64,000 nt of DNA from a virus. Location: IMG/VR virus record IMGVR_UViG_3300038451_000147, positions 32,001 through 96,000 of that record, one strand, 5' to 3'. A model generated the notes under the pieces. That model was not told the DNA's origin and did not search any database. It saw only the letters and a list, made by a program, of their open reading frames with translations. Shown here one piece after another: positions 59,010 to 64,000 of this stretch. The position numbers and the translations under genes were made by a program. Numbering within the stretch: the stretch's first letter is position 1; each line of letters starts with the position of its first letter.

Positions 59010-60100
59010 TCTTACCGAAATCTCCATGTGCAGGACTTGGGCTAGGACGCGACCATCCGAACCTGTCCGACCCCATCCGAACCCAAGGGACTCCTACCCC
59101 TACCTAGTAGGACTATCCCTACCAATAGTTACTACTGCCCCTACTGAACAGTCCTTTATATATGACCTGCAACTCGACTGAACGCCTCTTTATAAGTAGT
59201 CTGTCAAAACTTCAGATGTGCAGAATTAGGAGTAGGAAACCACTACTCAAAAGTAAGGCCAGTCAAAAGTCTTGGATTCTTGCCTACTCTTACCCCTATT
59301 AGATGCTCATACCCCTATTAGTGTTCGGTGAGGGGTATACCCTATCCTATACCCATCCGGCCCACTTCCACAACTCGACAGGATGCTGGATGCCGAGCCG
59401 CCAGAGATACTCCATCAAGTCCCAATCCATTCTACTTCTTCTAGGGTCTTTACCCATCCCACTACCATTAGGGGCTGTGCCATTATAAAGGTTGTGTGTG
59501 GCTGTGCTATCCTAGCCGGAAGGCTGGAGTGGAAGAGGGGGTGTCCCTATTAAGAATGCTTACTGGCCGTTTTCAGTGGAAACACTGGCCGCCCTAATAA
59601 GGGGTGCGAAGGGTATATATGGGGGTATACCCTCTTGGCCATGATGGGCAACATGGCTCGACTGGAAACAGGGGTCGGCTTTATAAGGGTTGGGGCGCGG
59701 TTCCAGTGGAAGCGTAGGTCTTTATAAGGAACCACCAGTGCTTCCAGTGCAAACGAACCCATTAGGGGTTTTCATTCTTGGCTCTAGATGGGGCGGCCTC
59801 TCATGCCATCCTTATAGTGACAGGTGCAAACGAGTGGAACCTAAGTGATAGATTCTATGTAGGACTATACCCAGAAGTGGTAATCCTTACAGGATATACC
59901 CTATACCCCTGTCAGGATTTACCAAGTTAGAAGAGGACGTTATGAGGAAGGCGTTTGCATCCCACCGTCAATTCTGCAACCCCACTGCAACCCCAAGTTC
60001 CATCGGTCTGCATCGGAAATGGCCCTGCTCTATATAAAGTTCTGAGTAGGGTGAGGGGAGTGCGGGGAGAGGGGAACTAGGGGAAAGGACAGGAAGGGAT
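59010..60100. other. ~1.1-kb largely non-coding control region (possible origin, terminus or early promoter region)
   Basis: No convincing ORF; strand switch point; direct repeats, GGGTATACCC palindromes and several TATA boxes. Confidence 0.5.
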
Positions 60101-60102
60101 AT

Positions 60103-60405
60103 ATGGTATACCCACCTACCCTAGTGGCAATGATGAAACAAACCCCAAGGGTAGAACCGGAAGCCACACAGATGAAGGGCGACATTGTTTCAGCCCTATA
60201 TCTGGATGGCAAGGAATCGGAAGGGGTCTACGTTACAGGACGGGACTCCAATAACTGCCGACCTACAGCGTGGGTCAACCTACTTTCATTCGACAGCCAC
60301 ACAATGCCCAGACTCGAAACACTCGGCTGGCACCTAATCACAGCCGGAGCCGTCAAGCGCAAGGTTCGCCTAGTCCTCTCTTACGAAGGGGTGGCTCAAC
60401 AGTGA
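60103..60405 (+). CDS. First gene of putative early operon, hypothetical (start uncertain)
   Basis: Follows TATATAAA at 60031-60038; TGA overlaps the next GTG. Confidence 0.55.
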   Translation: MVYPPTLVAMMKQTPRVEPEATQMKGDIVSALYLDGKESEGVYVTGRDSNNCRPTAWVNLLSFDSHTMPRLETLGWHLITAGAVKRKVRLVLSYEGVAQQ

Positions 60406-60746
60406 CCGCGCCCCACTTCCTAATCGCAGTCCGTGAGTTGGGCATCCGAATCGGTGGGCCGACTTCGGTTAGAAGGGAAGGCATCGCAGACATCGCAAGG
60501 GCCAAGAACTTCCAAGAGGCAGAGAGCAAGGCACTGGCAAGGTTCGCCAAGAAGTGGAAGACAAACGTGGTTTGTCTCCAAGTCACTGAGGCACGACTGG
60601 CAGTAAGGCCAGAGCCAGAAGTCCTATACGACTCAGCCAAGGCCGATAAGGTAAACGCGGCCTATTCGCTGGCATTCGCAAGACTGCACATCCCCACGAC
60701 TTACGCATTCGACGCGACCGCGCCAACCTTTAGGAGTCTAGCCTAG
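60402..60746 (+). CDS. Hypothetical early protein
   Basis: GTGA overlap start; ends at the first TAGACTTG junction. Confidence 0.6.
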   Translation: MTAPHFLIAVRELGIRIGGPTSVRREGIADIARAKNFQEAESKALARFAKKWKTNVVCLQVTEARLAVRPEPEVLYDSAKADKVNAAYSLAFARLHIPTTYAFDATAPTFRSLA

Positions 60747-60748
60747 AC

Positions 60749-60946
60749 TTGTTAGCCGCATATTACAAGGCTAAGAAGGACTTGAAGGCCACAGTGGGCC
60801 AACCCCTAAGATACGGCGAAACCTCAATGTTCGGGGCTGAGTTCAAGGCAGACGGCCAATTCTGCGTAGTGGGGCCAAGCGAACATCAGCGTAAGTGGTA
60901 TGCCACCGTGTCCATGAAAAACGGACTCATCGAGAAGGTCTCCTAG
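60749..60946 (+). CDS. Small viral protein (K.KKDLK..VGQPLRY.ETSMFG.E motif)
   Basis: Bounded by two junction octamers; motif recalled from phage hypothetical proteins. Confidence 0.7.
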   Translation: MLAAYYKAKKDLKATVGQPLRYGETSMFGAEFKADGQFCVVGPSEHQRKWYATVSMKNGLIEKVS

Positions 60947-60948
60947 AC

Positions 60949-61335
60949 TTGGCACTTCACTTCGACAGACGCGGAATGTATAAGGGAACCAACCCACTGG
61001 CATCAGCCTTCCCGATAATCACAGACCCAAGCCAATCAGCCACCGAGACCCAGACCTTCCAAGCCTTGAGGGAGAACGTGAACGCCTACAGAGGAATCAA
61101 GGTCTGGAAGCGTGAGCGCAAAGCCCGAAGAGACAAGGGAATCAAGCGAGTCACCACAACCTACACGCCTAAGTCAGTGAAGACCACGACACCCAAGATT
61201 GAACGCAAGGCAGAGCCAGTCACCCTTTACCCCAAGGACGGGGAGCCAATTACTTACCTTCCCACTGAGCCATCAAGTTATGCAGACATCGCCCAAGCAC
61301 TGGCGCAAGCCATCAAGGAATCGGGGATAGCCTAG
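60949..61335 (+). CDS. Hypothetical basic protein
   Basis: TTG start at junction; RKARRDKGIKR motif. Confidence 0.65.
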   Translation: MALHFDRRGMYKGTNPLASAFPIITDPSQSATETQTFQALRENVNAYRGIKVWKRERKARRDKGIKRVTTTYTPKSVKTTTPKIERKAEPVTLYPKDGEPITYLPTEPSSYADIAQALAQAIKESGIA

Positions 61336-61337
61336 AC

Positions 61338-61601
61338 TTGACTCCAAAGTTTTGTCTCGTAGACGGTCTTCAATTACGCCAAGACAAAATGCTTTCGCAA
61401 CCAACGCCTTCAGCGCGTCATTATAAATTGAGTTGTCCAAAAGGCCACGTTTACACATTATCAATCGAGAGCGAAGACGACCTTGATTATCTCACTTACA
61501 TATTTGAACTTGAGTGGTGGGAACGCCCATCAGACTGGAAGGGAAATATGAGAAACATTCGCGCACCAATAAGAGCATTCAAAGAGACAGGGAGCGACTA
61601 G
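61338..61601 (+). CDS. Small zinc-binding hypothetical protein
   Basis: C..D...CPKGH; junction-bounded. Confidence 0.6.
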   Translation: MTPKFCLVDGLQLRQDKMLSQPTPSARHYKLSCPKGHVYTLSIESEDDLDYLTYIFELEWWERPSDWKGNMRNIRAPIRAFKETGSD

Positions 61602-61603
61602 AC

Positions 61604-61714
61604 TTGTTCAAGATAACAAGGTGGGTCACAACGAAGAAAGAGGCAGACGACTTGAGCCAGTGGATTCACGATATAGACGGCATCTGGCCGGAAGTCACAA
61701 AAGAGGCAGACTAG
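61604..61714 (+). CDS. 36-aa hypothetical protein
   Basis: TTG to TAG exactly between two junction octamers. Confidence 0.6.
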   Translation: MFKITRWVTTKKEADDLSQWIHDIDGIWPEVTKEAD

Positions 61715-61716
61715 AC

Positions 61717-61884
61717 TTGGTTAGCAAGACCTTCCGTAAGAAGAGCATGAAGACCAAGAACGGCACGACCATAACCTTCGAGTATGAGGACGGATTCATA
61801 AACCGCGCCCTAATCATAATGACCTTCCCTTGTGGGAATCAGCAATACTTCAGACTCGTTCCAGACGGAAAAGAGAACTGGTAG
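61717..61884 (+). CDS. 55-aa hypothetical protein
   Basis: Junction-bounded. Confidence 0.6.
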   Translation: MVSKTFRKKSMKTKNGTTITFEYEDGFINRALIIMTFPCGNQQYFRLVPDGKENW

Positions 61885-61886
61885 AC

Positions 61887-62051
61887 TTGGCAAAAGACAA
61901 TAAGCCACTGGAAAAGGCAATAGAGGCCCAAGTTTGGGAGCGAGAGTTAGATAATCTGGCTCAACTTGTGAGAGACTTGGCAGACGGAATCAGCACAGAG
62001 AATGCAACAGAAAAGCGAGACCCTTCTAATCCTACACAAGGAGAGACCTAG
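61887..62051 (+). CDS. 54-aa hypothetical protein
   Basis: Junction-bounded. Confidence 0.6.
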   Translation: MAKDNKPLEKAIEAQVWERELDNLAQLVRDLADGISTENATEKRDPSNPTQGET

Positions 62052-62053
62052 AC

Positions 62054-62503
62054 ATGGAAATTCGCATCCCCGAAATAGACCTTCAAAAATTCGAGTGGCT
62101 TATGGGCGAAACAACAGAGTTCAATGTAGGAGTGAACGTAGACAAACACAAGACCCACATCATGCGAGACAACCGAACCATTAGCCTAAGTGTTTGCCTC
62201 TTCCCTTACCACCCAATAGAGCAATGCAGACAATACCGAAGAATCGGGAAGGGACTCAACCCAAGGCAGAAGACACGCGCCCTCAATGCCGTGTGTTTCC
62301 ACGGTCACAAGGCATTCATGCAAGCACTCTTCCAGAACATTCCCAAGGCCAGAATCAGGTCACTCATGACAGACAGAGTTAGGACTAAGTGGATGGACGC
62401 AGAGAACTTCAAACAGGTCGCGCAAGACATCGAATCTGTGAACGTGGGGTCACTAATGGAGTCTACAGTCTACAGCGAAACGTGTGAATGTGGGAGAGTC
62501 TAG
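62054..62503 (+). CDS. Viral hypothetical protein (NAVCFHGHKAFM motif)
   Basis: ATG start at the TAGACATG junction. Confidence 0.7.
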   Translation: MEIRIPEIDLQKFEWLMGETTEFNVGVNVDKHKTHIMRDNRTISLSVCLFPYHPIEQCRQYRRIGKGLNPRQKTRALNAVCFHGHKAFMQALFQNIPKARIRSLMTDRVRTKWMDAENFKQVAQDIESVNVGSLMESTVYSETCECGRV

Positions 62504-62505
62504 AC

Positions 62506-62688
62506 TTGGCAAACGAACTTTCAGACAGATATCTCACTTTCCTAAAGGCAGAGCGCGAGAGACTAAAAGCAAAATTGGAATCCCTTGAGAGAGGAATCAA
62601 AATCGTAGAGACCGACGACTTATGCACTTGCCAACTTGACGGAAAAGGTGAGGCGTGTCCAGTTCATGGAGACATTAGACTTGTCTAA
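62506..62688 (+). CDS. Coiled-coil plus CxC..CPxHG protein
   Basis: TTG start at junction; reads through the next octamer to TAA. Confidence 0.6.
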   Translation: MANELSDRYLTFLKAERERLKAKLESLERGIKIVETDDLCTCQLDGKGEACPVHGDIRLV

Positions 62689-62803
62689 CAATCTTAGACT
62701 CACCTTACTCAGAGCCAGCCTTTACGCCTTGACTCACAGCGCACTGAAGCGTGGGTGGCTTCGGGCTTCGGCCTACCTATTCCGAGAGGCATTCGGGGAT
62801 TAG
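62681..62803 (+). CDS. 40-aa hypothetical protein
   Basis: Hand-translated MSNNLRLTLLRASLYALTHSALKRGWLRASAYLFREAFGD, between two octamers. Confidence 0.55.
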   Translation: MSNNLRLTLLRASLYALTHSALKRGWLRASAYLFREAFGD

Positions 62804-62805
62804 AC

Positions 62806-63219
62806 TTGGGCCAAAAGGAAATACTTGAGGAAGCATTGCGACTCAAAGCAGAAGGTCTTTACAAGACAATAGAAGAGAGAGCCAACGAGTCAGGTTATCA
62901 AGTGGTTAGAACAGCCACCACAACCTACTTAGTAAAGAGGAAGACCAAGGCCAAGAAAACTGAAACCTTCTGGCACTTCCAGCCAGCCGAGCAACTAGGG
63001 AGACACATGGGCCTAATCGAAGTCTACGGAGACATGAGAAGGTCGGATGGCATTGCGACAACTCTCACCCTTATCTCGCCAGACGGTTACATTCCTCACA
63101 CAACTCTAGACGAGTATTTCAAACAGGGTTGGATTATCTCATTCGTTGGTACAGCCAAGTGTGGAGAAGACGGATTGCTTCCCTTCGTTCATCTTATGCT
63201 TGAAGAGGAATGTAAATAG
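62806..63219 (+). CDS. Hypothetical protein
   Basis: Junction-bounded; TTG start. Confidence 0.65.
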   Translation: MGQKEILEEALRLKAEGLYKTIEERANESGYQVVRTATTTYLVKRKTKAKKTETFWHFQPAEQLGRHMGLIEVYGDMRRSDGIATTLTLISPDGYIPHTTLDEYFKQGWIISFVGTAKCGEDGLLPFVHLMLEEECK

Positions 63220-63221
63220 AC

Positions 63222-63377
63222 TTGGCCTTAAGATTTATGTCGTGTGAGTCTGCCCTAATCCTAGTCGGCCAAACAGAAGACGATAAGCCAATCTATGAGT
63301 GTGCATTCCATCATGAGATTTACGAACTGAGAGACAGAGAATATCAGGAGATAACCCAGACTTGGCAATTCGACTAG
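63222..63377 (+). CDS. 51-aa hypothetical protein
   Basis: TTG start at junction; hand-translated. Confidence 0.55.
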   Translation: MALRFMSCESALILVGQTEDDKPIYECAFHHEIYELRDREYQEITQTWQFD

Positions 63378-63538
63378 TCGAACTTCACTTAGCACTAGAC
63401 GTTTTCCAGACGGACTTCATGCGCAAGAATATCGAAGTCAAAATCTCCCTCAAAGAGAAGACCCTAGACATCACAACAGACAAGATTCTAGTGACTCCCA
63501 CCGAAATCAGACAACTCTTGAAGAGGCCCACGCCTTGA
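63362..63538 (+). CDS. 58-aa hypothetical protein
   Basis: TTG start at the CAGACTTG variant, preceded by AGGAG. Confidence 0.55.
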   Translation: MAIRLVELHLALDVFQTDFMRKNIEVKISLKEKTLDITTDKILVTPTEIRQLLKRPTP

Positions 63539-63633
63539 CTCGAAACGAGAACATTGCGGCAATCGTTGTGACTGGAATCTTCCTAGTCCTTGCAGTCTTC
63601 GCCATCCTAACCACATGGGGAGTCTTGCCTTGA
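63535..63633 (+). CDS. 32-aa single-TM peptide
   Basis: TTGA overlap; MTRNENIAAIVVTGIFLVLAVFAILTTWGVLP. Confidence 0.55.
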   Translation: MTRNENIAAIVVTGIFLVLAVFAILTTWGVLP

Positions 63634-64000
63634 GAAACGGAAGAGACCCCAGACAGAAGCGTATAGCAGTATTCGGAGAATGCCCTCAGACCTTCGGGTT
63701 TGAAGTCGTGACCCACACCTTGGCAACTCCCACCGACTTAGCAATGACCAACTACCAGACGAATGAAGTTCGGGTCAATGCCTTACGAATCGCCCAACTT
63801 GGGGCCACTGCACACAAGAGATTCGGGTTTCCGATTGAAGAGACCATCATTGACTTGCTCAGTGGAATTTCAGTCCATGAACTGATTCATCAACTTGAGA
63901 GGATAGACCACACAAGGAAGGATAAATGGAGCGTGGCAGACTTCTCTTCGGTGATGGAAGCAATGGGCCATCCATATGAGAAGCGCATCCGGTTCTATTA
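63630..64000 (+). CDS. HExxH metallopeptidase-like protein (runs to window edge)
   Basis: TTGA overlap start; ISVHELIHQLE motif. Confidence 0.5.
   Translation, partial: MRNGRDPRQKRIAVFGECPQTFGFEVVTHTLATPTDLAMTNYQTNEVRVNALRIAQLGATAHKRFGFPIEETIIDLLSGISVHELIHQLERIDHTRKDKWSVADFSSVMEAMGHPYEKRIRFY

Larger units (their letters stand above)
60744..63364 (+). repeat. Dispersed junction octamer TAGAC(T/A)TG, 11 copies plus one CAGACTTG
   Basis: Copies start at 60744, 60944, 61333, 61599, 61712, 61882, 62049, 62501, 62676, 62801, 63217; variant at 63357. Confidence 0.95.

Noticed and set aside
60895-62805. ORF-track starts at 60895, 61514, 61621, 61830, 62488 and 62755
   Set aside because: These are upstream extensions overlapping the previous gene; in-frame TTG starts at the junction octamer fit better.
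60744-63364. TAGACTTG array as a CRISPR or mini-CRISPR array
   Set aside because: The repeat is only 8 nt, spacing varies from ~110 to ~450 nt, the intervals are intact ORFs, and there are no cas genes.
1-64000. tRNA/rRNA genes, amber recoding, inteins
   Set aside because: No cloverleaf or T-loop consensus was recognised by eye. Conserved genes end cleanly at TAG. No intein motifs were noticed in terL. A tRNAscan run would confirm.

Overview
This window is a 64-kb internal segment of a large tailed archaeal virus (Caudoviricetes, siphovirus-like), with no host flank, integrase, tRNA or CRISPR seen. Virion genes include terminase large subunit, prohead protease, scaffold, decoration protein, HK97-type major capsid protein plus a second divergent paralog, neck proteins, tail tube, a tail chaperone with a -1 slippery site, a short tape measure protein, baseplate hub and fibre proteins. 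These modules are scattered rather than clustered, and no portal was recognised. DNA and nucleotide functions include the C-terminus of a family B polymerase at the left edge, ERCC4, DHH/RecJ, RNase H-like, HNH-like and DUF559 nucleases, SSB, DUF5664, an NDT-like and a MazG-like enzyme. Most transcription units have an archaeal BRE/TATA box about 22-29 nt before the start codon, implying leaderless mRNAs. The uS2 and SSB sequences suggest a Nitrososphaeria/TACK host (inference). Most notable observations: (1) 11 consecutive gene junctions in the putative early operon (60.7-63.2 kb) carry the same octamer TAGAC(T/A)TG; (2) a virus-encoded, diverged ribosomal protein uS2, with an Ard1-type N-acetyltransferase, a SET methyltransferase and a 25-aa ribosomal-protein-like basic peptide; (3) promoter-bearing structured non-coding RNA candidates at 56.8-57.8 kb; (4) a second capsid protein; (5) apparent absence of GATC. 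All family assignments are from motif recognition by eye, not database searches.
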